NCBI GenBank assembly: GCA_002269645.1
Contig: NIVC01000029.1
Coordinates: 62,001 to 126,000, forward strand
Length of the DNA: 64,000 nucleotides
Source of the DNA: Macrostomum lignano
Taxonomy: Eukaryota
Reading direction: 5' to 3'
A program made the position numbers and the translations under genes. The notes beneath the pieces were generated by a model. The model was not told where the DNA came from and ran no database searches. It saw only the letters and a list, made by a program, of their open reading frames with translations. Positions 46,967 through 59,449 of the stretch are shown here, one piece after another. The first letter of the stretch is position 1. Every line of letters starts with the position of its first letter.

Positions 46967-49875
46967 ATTTATTAAACAGACGCTGGCGCAGGGGCCAGCG
47001 AAGCACCCTTTGGTGGAAAACAGCTGAGTCCAGCCTAGCTGCAGACTGAGGGGAAGGCCCAGAGCCTGTAAGTCAGTGAGAAAGGTGTCAGTCAGAGTGG
47101 TGCAGCGCGCCTGGCCCCGGCGGAGTCTCCCACAAGGCGGGCTGAGCAGCAGGTCAGCGAGCGGGGGCCCGGTGCCCTGTGTGAGGGCCCACAGGCAGTG
47201 GCCGATCAACATCTGGCGTCGCCTCTGCAAAGTGCGACCCAAAGTGCGACCCAGGGGCAGCATGCGGGTCCGGGCCGTCATCTCAGCGTTGCTCACGCGC
47301 TCGGGGAACCGGATGCCCAGGGCATCGCGCAGGAGATGACGATGGCAGGCCTCCAAGCTCGCCTCATGAGTGGCAGTCATGGGAACAGCTTCCAGCTCGT
47401 AGGTCAGCACTGCCTCAACTGCCGAGCGGAAGAGGGCGACCTTCAGGCTGTCGGTGGCGAGCCGGCAGTTGAAGATGGAGCGGAGAAGGTGGGAGGCCCT
47501 CCACGCCAGCTGCTTGCGGTTGTTGACAATGGCATCCGGGTCAGGGACCAGGGCGCCCAGATACTTGAACTGGTTGCACGGGGCGATGGTGTTGCCGTCC
47601 GGTAGAAGCAGCGGTGGAGAGTTGGCAATGCCAACATGCAGCACCTCTGTCTTGCCGTGGTTGATGTGGAGCCCCACGCGCTTCCCCTCGTCAGCCAGCC
47701 GACTCACCACCCTCTGCGCAGCTTCGGGGCTGCAGCAGGTCAGCGCCAAGTCGTCGGCGTAGGCGAGACAGGTCAGCTTGACACAGGGAAAGCGGGAGCT
47801 GCGGCGAGGCACCACTTCATAGCCGTCTTCGTCGCGCCAGAGCCAGCCGCATGGCGTAGTCGATCAGGATAACGAATAGAAGCGGTGATAGGGTGTCACC
47901 TTGCAGGACTCCGGAGGTGGTGGCAAATTCAGATGTAGGGCCATGTTCAGTCTGGACAAAAGCCTTGGACGAGATGTAGAGGTCCATGATCGCCTGAACC
48001 AGCAGCTGAGGAACTCCATGCTGCTGGAGGAGCCAGGCAATGGCCGCCCGGCTGACGGAGTCAAAAGCTTTGCAGAAATCTACAAAAACAATTGACACCG
48101 CCTTTTGGCGAGTCTCGCAGGTGTCAATGATGCACCAGATCGCAGCGACTTGTTCTGCTGTTGACCGTCCAGGTCGAAAGCCACTCTAGATGTTGAGAAG
48201 CCTCTGGTTGACGATGGGTTGAATGCGATTTCGAAGGATGGTGTTGAGGACTTTGGCCAGAGTGCACTCTAGAGCTATGCCACGCAGGTTGTCGAGGCCG
48301 CTATAGAGTTGCTCTTCTTTGGGATGGCCACGATCTTAGAAGTTCTCCATCGCTCTGGGGCACTAGCAGTTGAGTCCCCACCCATGCAGCAGGAGCAGTT
48401 GAGAATTCCGGTGATGACAAGCAGCAGCTCAGGCGTCTTCAGGACACGCGGTGGGATGTCATCGATTCCCGCTGCTGCATCAGCCCGCATGGTTCTTAGG
48501 GCCTTGGAGACTTTATCCATGGAGATCGGAGCGCAATATTAATTGAAGTCGGATGGGCAGGCAGGTGGAGAGTCAGCGAGCGGGCGAAGAGTAGCGCTGG
48601 GATCTGGGGCATTGAGCACAAAATGGAAGTGGCCCGCAATCAGTTGTAGGCGGTGCTCGATGGAGTCAGCGTTGATGATAGCATTCGGCGCGGCTCGCCG
48701 CCCTGTGAGGCGGTTGATGGTGCGCCAGGCCGCAGCATGACGGCAGTTGTCAGTGGCAGCCTTGATCTCCGTCACAGCTTCTTGGGTAGACAGCTCAGAA
48801 GCTTGGATGTGGGCAGCTTGCAGTGCCTCAGCCGCGGTGGAGGCAGCAATGCTGGCAGTGCCATGTCGGTCAACTGCGGCTTGCATGTCTTGCCGGGCTC
48901 TGATGACATCGGGTGAGAGTCCTAGTGTGCACCCGATTGCCGCGGTTGCCTCCTGGGGGAGCACTGCTGCCGCAGAGGCGGAAAAGCTGTCATAGCTGCT
49001 GTCAAGGCGGAACCCCGAGTCTTTGATTTGTCGCAGGAAGTGCGATCTGATTTCAGAGTTGTTGAGTGCACCCCAGTAGGGCAGGGGACTGGTCGGCCTC
49101 CTGAAGCGGTGCCAGCGAAGGTCCAGTCTGCAGCACAGGAGAGTGTGGTCAGGTGGGATGCATTTCAGGGTGATGTTACGAATGGCCCGCAGACGAGCTC
49201 TCTGTGACATTGGGCAGAGAATTTAGTCGAGGCGGGTGTTGCGCGACCGTTTGGGCCATGGAAAGTTGGTAGAACACTGAGGCGTTGGCGAAGGCAGCCA
49301 TTCGCCGCCATCAGGTCGCGAAAATGAATGAAGTCACAGAGGAAACTTGTGTTGGCATTAGCTGAGCCGCAACGATTTTTCACCAGTCGGCCGTCAACTG
49401 GGAGGGGAGCATTGAAGTCGCCGGTGACAACGATGAGGTCCCGGGAGACCAGCTGGTCAAGAATTGCGTTCAGTTGGGATCGTAAAAGCTCTCAGTTGTA
49501 GATGGGTCTGAAGCTGTGTTTGGTGCAGTTGGCGCGTGCACACAGATGACATTGAGGTGCCTGTCCTTCAGAGCAAAGGAGGCATGACCGATGCGCTCAG
49601 ATAAACAGTTGATCGAGAGGATCGAGCGACCGGGAGGCTTCTGGGAAGAGCACGAAGCCAATGCCCCTCACGCCTTGGGCAGAGGCAGGTGAGGCTGTGA
49701 ACCTCCACCATTGTTCAGACTGGCCTCGAGGTCTTCAGGAAGCCTGCGGCGATGCTCTTGGATTGAAAGAATAGAGATGGAGAGGTCAGAAGCAGCTTTG
49801 GTCAGCTTGCGCAGTCTCCAGTCGGCAGAGAGAGTGCGAGCATTGAATGAAGCTACAGTCAGGTTAATATAAGAG
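46967..49875 (-). mobile_element. Non-LTR retrotransposon (APE endonuclease + RT, RTE-like), decayed
   Basis: LTVASFNARTL, SIQEH, HAPTA, VTGDFNAP, PPDHTLL (APE); SGFRPGRS, FVDFCKAFDSV, GVLQGDTLSP, LAYADDL, FKYLG (RT); multiple frameshifts and stops; 3' tail TAATAAAT; 12-bp TSD TTCCTTGCTGTT at 46955-46966 and 49876-49887. Confidence 0.93.
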
Positions 49876-50800
49876 TTCCTTGCTGTTGAAGCTAATCACA
49901 GGCATGTAGCTGCAGTAGGCAACATCCTTTAAGCTTTTTTAATTTTGGCAAGGGAGAGATATATTTAGAGAAATGAAATCAGCTAATTCAATTCTAGGAT
50001 TAATCAACGTAATTCGCTGCTAATAAATCCATGTGAATGCAGTAGTATGAATAGATTTATACTTACTTGCTTCCGTTAGCTGTCGGAATACAATCAAATG
50101 AGATAGTTAAATCGCAGTAGTAACTTTCTCTTTGACAGAGAATTTTCTTGCATTGAAATGAGAGCTTCACTTGCACTTGGACCATGCCGATCCCGCGTAC
50201 TGTATGCAGCTGGGTCGGCAAACTCTGGCTCGTGAGCCACATGCGGCCTGCGATTGCCTCTCTATATCCAGGCCCTCTCGGGTCCTTTGAAACAGCTCAC
50301 AGTAGCATGATCGGCGGCCCGCTCAATGTTGTGTCTCTGCTAAGTCGATCTCTCCTCTCTTCTCCTCTCTCTTCTCTCCTCTCCTACATGTAGCTCTTCC
50401 CTAGCTCTCCAGCTCTCTCTTCTCTTCTCTTTTGTTTCTGGATTTTTTTGGAATTCGGTAAACATTATAATTAAAATTTTACGTGAGCTGACCGATTTTA
50501 AAAATAATTAATTTACAAAAACCTATTTGATCCCATACATGACACAGCTATAGCGTGCGTGCTTTGAGTTAAAATTTAGTTTAGCCAGAAAAAGGCGTAT
50601 ACATGCGTGTATCTCTCTTTGCTGTATTTACAACAGTGTACTTCTGTAGATAAAATTCTTTTCTGCTGATATATTCTTTAAATTCGAGTTAAATACGGGA
50701 TAAACTATCATTTTTTAACTATGCGACTCCCGTGATTGAAACAGCTATTTTTAGTTAATAGGAAAAGAATTCTGGCTTGAATAAAGAAGAAATGTACCTG

Positions 50801-51501
50801 GGACCTATTTCATAAAGCACTTGTCGGACAAATTACAAGTGACAAGTGACAATTCCAAAAAATAATGCGTTTCATAAAAACAACTACAACTTGACAAATC
50901 GACAAGTTACAAGTGACAAGTGACAAGCGAAATTTGACAAATTACAATTAAGCGTTTCTTCGGGATTTTCGTCCATAGACATGCACTAAGCTGGATGATA
51001 GCTTCTGTGGAAAAATACTTCCTCTTGTCATGTGTTTTTGACAAGTCGCTGTGACACTTGTAGCTTTTATCAAATCGTTTTTTATGTTTTATCTTTTCAT
51101 GTCCGATAGCGAAGACGAAGAATTAGAGCTCCTAGTGGCTCTAGGACCTGCGCAAAGAGTTTTAACTTAAGAAGACACCTTTACTTGCTCAGCCTCGCTT
51201 CCTCTTTGTCTTTCATTGCAGTAAATAAAGTATTACAGACCGAGAAGAACACAGAGGCCGTCTTTTAAGCAAATCCGTCAAAGCAAAGCAAGACATAACT
51301 CCTACTAAGATTTTGGTCTATTGTCAAAGGCTCAATCGATTTTATAAGGTGGTTCAACCATAGACACACAAGTGAGTTATTTTTAACACTATAGTAACGC
51401 GTGATGTTTATGAAACCAAAATCGTTGACGCTTGACACTTGTCACTTGTCATTTGTCGACTTGTCACTTGTCACTTGTAGTTTTTTTTATAAAATCGGCC
51501 C
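50801..51501. mobile_element. Harbinger/PIF-like non-autonomous element (701 bp)
   Basis: Termini GGACCTATTT / AAATCGGCCC (8/10); long inverted ACAAGTGACAAG subterminal arrays; 3-bp TSD CTG; internal remnant MSDSEDEELELLVAL near 51100. Confidence 0.75.
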
Positions 51502-52324
51502 CTGATAGAGATTAATTGCAGGCACGCTTTTTGCAGAACTTTAAATCAAATAAGCTATTAACGAAGCAATACAGAAACTGTGTAGTAAATAATCTCTTCA
51601 GATAGTACGCAGGCACCCTATTGAAAGATCTTTATGCAATTTCCTGTTAGGTTTTTGCTTAAATCGGGATGCGCTTCGCGGAAAGTTTGTGGCAGATTCA
51701 AATTCACAAGAACCTACTGGAACGTACAGGATGAATTGCTCTCCATCAAGTTCATACAGTACTTGTTTTATAATTCCTTATTTAAATACTTCGTTTCGTT
51801 AGCCGTTAAACTTCGTTTGTAGACTGGCTATTGTTGCCTTAAGTCAAAAGCCAATGGCATTATAGCAAAGGACTTAATAGCAGTTTTGATAACCAAAAAT
51901 GAAAATACATTTATTAGTGTTGCAGGCTTAAACTCTCTCTAGAAATTATCCTACCGCAGGCACCAAGTTGTACCAGGGGGTGTTTAACTAAATTGTAGAC
52001 TATCCTACCGATGTCACCAAGTTGTCGCAGGGGATATTTCTGTCTGCTAAAATCCCACTGCTGTTACCAAGTTGTTGTAAATTAAGATAGTTATTACTCC
52101 ATAAAATTGCTTAGTCAATTGCTGCTTCTTAGAAAATATCAAGTCTAGAATTCTAATCTAAGGACTCCTTGAATCTATGCAAGGCGCCCTGGTAGCAGTG
52201 TCGAGCGGCAAACACTGGTCTACATGTAATTATGAATCTCACTACTATTATTATTACTACTATTAATTCCCTATATTTAGTTGCGGGCTCCCTGGGAAGG
52301 AGTTGCCCGACTCGTCAACCGTCT

Positions 52325-52465
52325 ATTTCTGGCTTCTCACAGCTTTCCTGGCCTCTTACGGCTTTTTCTGGCTTCTTACAGTTTTTCTTGGCCTCTTACG
52401 GCTTTTCTGGCTTCTCACAGCTTTCTTGGCCTCTTACGGCTTTTCTGGCCTCTTACAGCTTTTTC
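52325..52465. repeat. Short degenerate minisatellite (TTCTGGCTTCTCACAGC / TGGCCTCTTACGGCTT)
   Basis: Several alternating tandem copies. Confidence 0.8.
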
Positions 52466-52779
52466 TCCTGTCTTGCTTTCCAGTGACTAAGACAACACGT
52501 TTTGCTTTTCTTGACCGAATCGAGGAAACGGCGGGCGAAGTTTTTAAAGCCCGAAAACGCTTGTATTTATAGGTTTACTGAGGGGGAGGACGGGTGCGCG
52601 GGACGTGGTTAAACAAAATATCAATTTAAACAAAATAATTATTTTTCGCTATAACAAAATAATTCCGTAACCAAGAAATTTGGCGTAAATTCGAAATGGT
52701 ATACGTATAAAAATATTGGGCCTGCCTCATTAGCTATTTGAATTTTTCCTAAAAATGTATGCGATGGGTGTTTTTTCTC

Positions 52780-53060
52780 TGTCTTTCACAATCTTTAACT
52801 GCTGATACTAATACTGTTGCAGGCCCTTAATTTAATCTCTCTGATGCCACCAAAGTTGTATTAGTACTAAACTTCTCTTTTAATAATAATCCTATGTCCT
52901 ATTGTTATCGTTGTATTCTACCTTTTCTTTGTATGAGTCTAAATAGTATTCTGGTCGCATTCTCGTTACCTGATAGCCTGAGTTGTCTTACTGGTATATG
53001 TACTACTTCTCTAGTCTGGGCGTTACTAAGATTAGAGGGTTAAAGTGCTTGCTTTTACTT
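52780..53060. repeat. Dispersed AT-rich degenerate repeat (paralog at ~60760-60975 + 61974-62040; weaker at ~8760-8950)
   Basis: Shared ATACTAATACTGTTGCAGGCCCTTAATTTAATCTCT..CCAAAGTTGTA..CTAAACTTCTC..TAATAATAATCC and TCTAGTCTGGG..TTACT..GATTAGAGGGTTA..GTGCTTGCTTTT. Confidence 0.8.
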
Positions 53061-54098
53061 TTAGTATGGTAATTTAATGCATATACATGTACTCCTTTTG
53101 TATATAAGGAAACTTATATATTTATATTTGTATAACTTGTAATAAATTATTGGGCGTTGTAGCAGTTAAAGGGAGTATGTATGTAATAGGCTGGCAGCCA
53201 AAAAATTGGATGATATCATTATGTTCCAAGGTGGGGTATGCTTAGGTTAGGCCCTAGCAGATTTGACACTTTGATTTTTAATTTAGTATATTTAGATTGA
53301 TTATTATTTTTTTTTTATATTTTGTAAGATATTTTCTTGAGTAATATATCAAATTAAACATTGCATTTAGTAGATTATAATAGTATTTACAGATTTGTTT
53401 TATATACAACGTCAAATTTTATAAGCAAATAACTATTATTATAGCATTTTTCAAGCCAATTGAGCCCTAGGCCTATACCCCTAAAGATGCTATTTAGTTG
53501 GGAAAATTCTTGCATGCAACAAGGTCCCAAGCAGTCTAGTATTGCATGCATGGTGTGGAGCAAGGAGTTGAAAAAGTTTTTTTGGCATGTTGCACAATAG
53601 TGACAATTTCAAGTTTTTGGCATTCTACTACTATCAGGGCTATAAACTTGCTACTATAGCTGGCTTGTGCTTCATGGGATTTTTTAGGCTTTTAATAAAA
53701 AATATGTGATACTTTTTTAAATAATTATTTTAGGGCCTATAGTAAGTATGAAAGACATAATGTTTTTATTATTACATGGTAATATATGATTATTTAGGTT
53801 ATACATGCACAACCTTGGGAATCACTTGGCCATTTTTATTGGCAACACACACATGTAAGTCACTATTGGCTGAGAGCAGTCATGTGACTACTATTCTGTC
53901 TAATAGTAACTTATATAAGTATTGTTTATCTGCTATCTTTCGTTAAAAAATTTTAATACTTCATTGGACATTGTTTCTTAGAATCGGACTCAAAGCCTCT
54001 GTAGCTGCCTTTTGCAATCCTATCCCACCTTGTGTGCAGTGTGCAAAGCAAAAAAAATATTGCATGCATAGTGTATACTTGGGAGTATGTGACTATGG

Positions 54099-54683
54099 AT
54101 TGAGCCTAGGAACAAGCAATTTAATCTTTTGTAGGAAAATCAAGCTATTGAAGACTTGCTTTTCATTGTTTATGGCCTGAAAGGGGGGTCTATAGAGCAA
54201 CCAATTTGAGAATTTAGGCATGCTATTAAAACATTCCACAGTTGTGTAAGCCTTAGATGATAGAATATAATATATTTTATTAAACAAACATAGATATGGC
54301 AAACAAAGAATTTAGCAAGCAGAGCAGTAATAAAAGTTTAGCTATAGCCCAAGATGCAGTAGATGAGAATTGTGAGAGACAAAGTTGTTTTTTAGTGTAT
54401 AATATATATGCCATGTTTTTGCCTTTGCCTATTTTGATTGTGGTTTTTCTAACATTAGAATGTTAATGTCAATTGTTTAATAACATGCCATCTATTTATA
54501 AACATTATTTCAATGAAGTTATTCATAAAAAATATACAAGCACTATAAAAGGGATTAATTGGATGCCCAGATTCTCAAATTGGTTGCTTCATAGACCCCC
54601 TCTTTGGGCCATAGACAAAAAAAAACAAGTCTTCAATAGCTTGATTCTCCTTAAGGATTAAATTGCTTGCTCCTAGGCTCAAT
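54099..54683. mobile_element. Foldback/MITE with ~120-bp imperfect inverted arms
   Basis: 54099-54222 is the reverse complement of 54563-54683 (ATTGAGCCTAGG..CAAGCAATTTAATC..AATCAAGCTATTGAAGACTTG..GGGGTCTAT..GCAACCAATTTGAGAAT); no clear TSD. Confidence 0.7.
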
Positions 54684-54916
54684 TGGCTTGGAAAATGCTA
54701 TATTAATATGAAATTTTAACTGATCTACATTGCTTTTAATGGTTATTTGTTCATTCTTATTGTTCTAAATATATCATATAGCACCTTTGGCATACAAATC
54801 CTATCATACCTTTTTGCTAAGTCATTCTATTGCCTTGTGGTCTCAGATTATAACCTTTTCTCTGGCTAAGCACATTCCATCTCTAATTCTAATTCTCTTT
54901 CCTCTTCTGATATGTC

Positions 54917-57900
54917 TAAAACAACTCTATAGTGGTTAGTGCGAGAAATCAAAAAGTATTGAGATCTGAGCTCACTAGACGACTTTTATATTTTTGGTAC
55001 AAGCGAACGTAAGAATAATTGATGCATAAAAGCACAAGGGTTTTAAAAGAACACACACACTAGTCACACTCAATGAAGCATTGTCAGTCAATCGATAAAA
55101 TAAAACAGCGAGTGTACTCAATGTACACCCGCTGAGTCACGCGATACGACACCTCTCCCATCGTAGTTTAGGCGGATGGGAATCGATCGAGCTCTGCTTG
55201 ATCTTCTGAGAGCTTGTGCTGGTCCTTGATCTGGAAGTTGCAGCGGTCGAGGCTGCGATGGTGGCGGCGACGGCGTTGGCGGCGGCGGCGACGGTGGCGG
55301 TGGCAGCTGCAGTGGCGGTGGCGGCGGAACCAACGGTTGCGGTAGTGGAGGCCTGAGCTCACCGCTAAATTCCGGATTCGTCTGCAGCGGCCCAGGCCGC
55401 TGGGAAGTCTTGTCGATTCGCATCTGTTCTGTGTGCCGCCGCACCATCCGGTTGTTTGGCAGAATGCACTTGTACCAGTTGCTGCCCTCCTTGCCGACCA
55501 CCATAGCCGATGTCCAGGTTCGCTCGTTCCCGCGGCTAAAGTCTTGAACGAACACCGCCTCGCCCTTCTCGAAGACTCGTCTTTGCGCGCCTGAGTCGTG
55601 CTGCTGCTTCTGCTTTTCCTGGCTCTCGAGAACTCGCTTGGCGATGTCTGGCCTCGGTACGTCGAGCAGGCTACGCAGCGTCCGGTGCATCAGCAGCTCA
55701 CACGGTGCCACTCCCGTCGTTGGATGCGGTGTAGTACGGTAGCTGAGCAGGAATCTGGCCAGCTGGGTCTCCAGGGAGCTGCCGTCATTGGCCTGATTCT
55801 TCAGGGAGTTCTTAACAGTTTGCACTGCTCGCTCAGCTTGGCCATTGGAAGCCGGGTGGTAGGGTGGCGTGCGGATGTGCCGAATTCCGTTCTTGGCACA
55901 AAAGGCATCGAACTCGAAGCTGGCAAAGCAGGGCCCGTTGTCCGAGACGATGGTCTCCGGTAGGCCATGAGTGCTGAAGCTCTGTCGCAGCTTTTCCACA
56001 GTTGCGAAGGTCGTCGTCGCTGTCGTCACGTACACATCGAGCCACTTTGAGAAGGAGTCGACCACCACCAGCAGCATCCGACCTTGGACGGGACCGGCAA
56101 AATCGACGTGGATTCTCGACCAAGGCCTTGCCGTTAGCAGCCATGGCTGCAGCGGAGCTTCTGGTCCGGCTCGCTGGTGCTTCTGGCAGTCCGTGCAGCT
56201 TGCTGCCTTGGCCTCAATGTCACAATCCATGCCCGGCCACCATATGTAACTTCTGGCAAGCGACTTCATCCGGGATGCTCCAGGGTGTCCAACATGCAGG
56301 CAGTCGAGCAAGCGGCTTTGGCCGACTTCAGGAATGACGACACGACTGCCCCAGAGAACACAGCCATCTTGAACTGACAATTCCTGGTGCCGTTTTCCGA
56401 AGGGCACCAAATCGGAAGTCCAGGAATCTCGGTCTGGCCAGGCCAAGAGACAGTAAAGAATTACGCGTGACAATGTAGGGTCGCGGCGGGACCAGGTGCG
56501 CACGTCTGATGAAGTCACCGGCCCGGCGTCCAGGCAGTCCATCACTTGCACGACTTCTGGAGGCACCGGAACTTCCTTAGGGCCAGCTGATGCAGGAAGG
56601 CGGCTTAAGGCGTCTGCTCAGAGCATGGAGACCCCGCTGCGGTGTACAAGACGGTACCGGTACACGGTCAGCAGCAACGCCCATCGTTGGACTCAGCCGG
56701 AAGCCAGGGCTGGAAGCGGTCGCTCTTGTCCTAGAAGGCCAAGAAGTGGCCGGTGGTCAGTCAACAGGTTGAACTCCCGACCAAACAGATAGTGATGGAA
56801 TTTTTTCACACCGAAAACCAGCGCCAAGGCCTCCTTCTCCAGCTGGCAGTAATTTTTCTCTGCTGAGCTGAGGCTGCGCAAAGCGTACGCAATCGGCTTG
56901 TCCATGCCGTCCTGACGGTGGAATATGATGGTACCGAGCCCGTACTGCGATGCGTCGCACTCCAGGTAGAGCTCTTCTGCAGCGTTATAGTGGACTAGGA
57001 CGCTGGGGTGCGTGAGCAGCTGCTTTGCCGCGCTGAACGCGTCCGCCTCGCTGCGATCCCACTGCCACCTTGAGTTCTTCTCCAAGAGCCTGTGCAGCGG
57101 GGCCAGAACACTAGAGAGATTTGGCAAAAACTTGCCGTAGTAGTTGATGAGGCCCAAGAAGCTCCTCAGTTGAGTCGTGTTAGTCGGTGCAGGCGCGTCC
57201 AGCACAGCTCGAACCTTATCGTCCAGCGGGTGCAGCCCTTCGGCGTCGACGCGGTGGCCTAGGTATGTGACTTCGTCCTTGAAAAAGGTGCACTTCTCAA
57301 GCTTGCAGGTCAGCCCGGACTCCTTGAAGACCTTCAGAACTGCTCTCAGGTTGCGGAGGTGACTGTCGTCCTCTTCGCCTGTGATGATGACATCATCGAT
57401 GAAGGATGCAGAGTGCGGAATTCCTCGCAGTAAGCTGTCCATCACCCGCTGAAACACGCTGGGGGCGATCGACACGCCAAAAGGCAGACGGGTGTAGCGA
57501 AGAAGTCCCAGCGAGGTGTTGATGGTACAGAGCTCTTGAGCATCCTCATCCCGGGGAAGCTGCAAAAATGCCTGGCTCAGATCCAGTTTTGAGAACTTCT
57601 TACCGCCAGCCAAGCGTGAAAATAGCTCGTCGATGTTCGGCAGCGGGTAAGCCTCAGGCCGGATAGCTGCGTTGACCGACTGCTTGAAATCAGCGCAGAT
57701 GCGCACGCTGCCGTTGGACTTCATTACCGGCACGATCGGGGACGCCCAGTCGGAATTTTTGACCAGCACCAGGATTCCTTGGTCGATTTCCTTCTGCAGC
57801 TGCTGCTCAACCTTCTCGCGCAGCGCAAACGGCACCGGCTGCGCCTTATAGAACCTTGGTCTGGCGTTCTCCTTCAGACTGATGGACACCGGCTTGCCGC

Positions 57901-59449
57901 TGAACTCGCCCAGACCTTGGAAGACTTCTGAGAAATCCTGTAGTAACTCCTTGGCTGCATCAGCTTCTTCCATCCGCTTGATAGATTGCCAGTCCAGCCG
58001 CAGGCGATGTAGCCAGTCTCGACCAAGGAGGCTCGGACCACAACCGGCGACAACCAGCAGCGGCAGCTGTTCCTCGGCCGAACCTTGCAAAGCTCGCACG
58101 CGTACGAAGAGCTGACCGAGAACACGGACGGTTTGACCGGTGTATGTACTGAGCTGAACCGTTGACGCAGACAGAGTCATCCGGCTTCCCAGGTTTTCCT
58201 TGAACGTACGTTCGGACATCAGCGATACGGATGCCCCCGTGTCCACCTCCATCTCGAATCGCTTCTCCTCGATGAAGACAGAGGTCACGATTGGAGGAAA
58301 CCTGGCCTGCGATCGGTCAGCACCGAGATGGTAGAAGGGATAAGCGACCTCGGCTGGGCTGGGCGGCTCGGCGGCCTGAGCTGAGCTGCTGTCTGAAGGC
58401 TGCTGGTCAACCAGCTGGTGCATTTGCTGGTGCTGTGTCCCCGCCTTGCATGCCTTCGCGGTGTGCCCGGTTTTGCTGCAGTTGAAACAGCGTTTGTCCG
58501 CGAAGGGACATTTGGCTGCCGGATGGCGAGTTGACAAGCAGCGGAAACAGCGCCGCCGGCCTTCTGTTCTAGACTGACGGCTGTCTTGCGGTTGCTGTCA
58601 TTCCATTCGAAGCACGGAGTTGCTCTCTGTCGCTGACGATGCCGATGTCACTGCCGCAGGTTTTGCTGAGCCCAGCGATTGACAGTTTTTGGCTGCTGAC
58701 TCGCCCGCTTGCGCGATCTGTTTGGCAGTATCGAGGGTCAGCTCGGCCTCCATCAGGAGCCGGCGCTGGATTTGCTGGTCCGCGATGCCGCACACCAGCC
58801 TGTCGCGCAGCATGTCAGACAGGCTCCCGCCGTAATTGCAGAACTCCGCCAGCTTCCGCAGCTCCGCAAGGAACTCTGCCACCGACTCTCCAGGGCGCTG
58901 AACTCGGTTATTGAAGTGGAACCTCTGAATGATTTTGCTCGGCCTTGGGTTGAAATGAGCGCTTAGCAGCTCGCATATTTCGGCATAGGATTTGTCTGCG
59001 ACTTTGGCTGGAGAGCAGAGGCTTCTGGCCAACTGGAAGGTTTTCCTACCGCAGACGCTCAGCAGGGTGGCCCTCTTTTTACTTCCGTCGGTGATGTCCT
59101 GTGCCAGGAAATGTTGCTCTAGACGCTCCTGGTACTCATCCCAGGTTTCCTCGGAGTCCTCATATTCTCCGATTGCGTGGTTAGGCATTGCTCAGCCACA
59201 ATCCTTGTCGCCACTAAAACAACTCTATAGTGGTTAGTGCGAGAAATCAAAAAGTATTGAGCTCTGAGCTCACTAGACGACTTTTATATTTTTGGTACAA
59301 GCGAACGTAAGAATAATTGATGCATAAAAGCACAAGGGTTTTAAAAGAACACACACACTAGTCACGCTCAATGAAGCATTGTCAGTCAATCGATAAAATA
59401 AAACAGCGAGTGTACTCAATGTACACCCGCTGAGTCACGCGATACGACA
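54917..59449 (-). mobile_element. Ty3/Gypsy LTR retrotransposon, full length (4533 bp)
   Basis: 235-bp LTRs at 54917-55151 and 59215-59449 with 2 mismatches; TSD ATGTC (54912-54916, 59450-59454); PBS TGGCGAC next to the 5' LTR; PPT TGGGAGAGG next to the 3' LTR. Confidence 0.97.
55118..59188 (-). pseudogene. Gypsy gag-pol in one frame (Gag, 2 zinc knuckles, protease, RT, RNase H, integrase), broken by three TGA stops
   Basis: CFRCLSTRH/CFNCSKTGH; VDTGASVS; RICADFK, LPFGVS, FIDDVII; CDASQYG, TDHRPL; HVDFAGP, SDNGP, SNGQAERAVQ. In-frame TGAs at 58600-58598, 56695-56693 and 56620-56618; no frameshift. Confidence 0.95.

Noticed and set aside
50205-50330. hAT-like left end (CAGCTGGGTCGGCAAACT..GAGCCACATGCGGCC)
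   Set aside because: No matching right TIR or TSD found, so it is not called as a complete element.
56618-58600. TGA reassignment or selenocysteine readthrough in the Gypsy ORF
   Set aside because: HAL and the Cys-rich gene terminate at TGA at the expected ends; point mutation is simpler.
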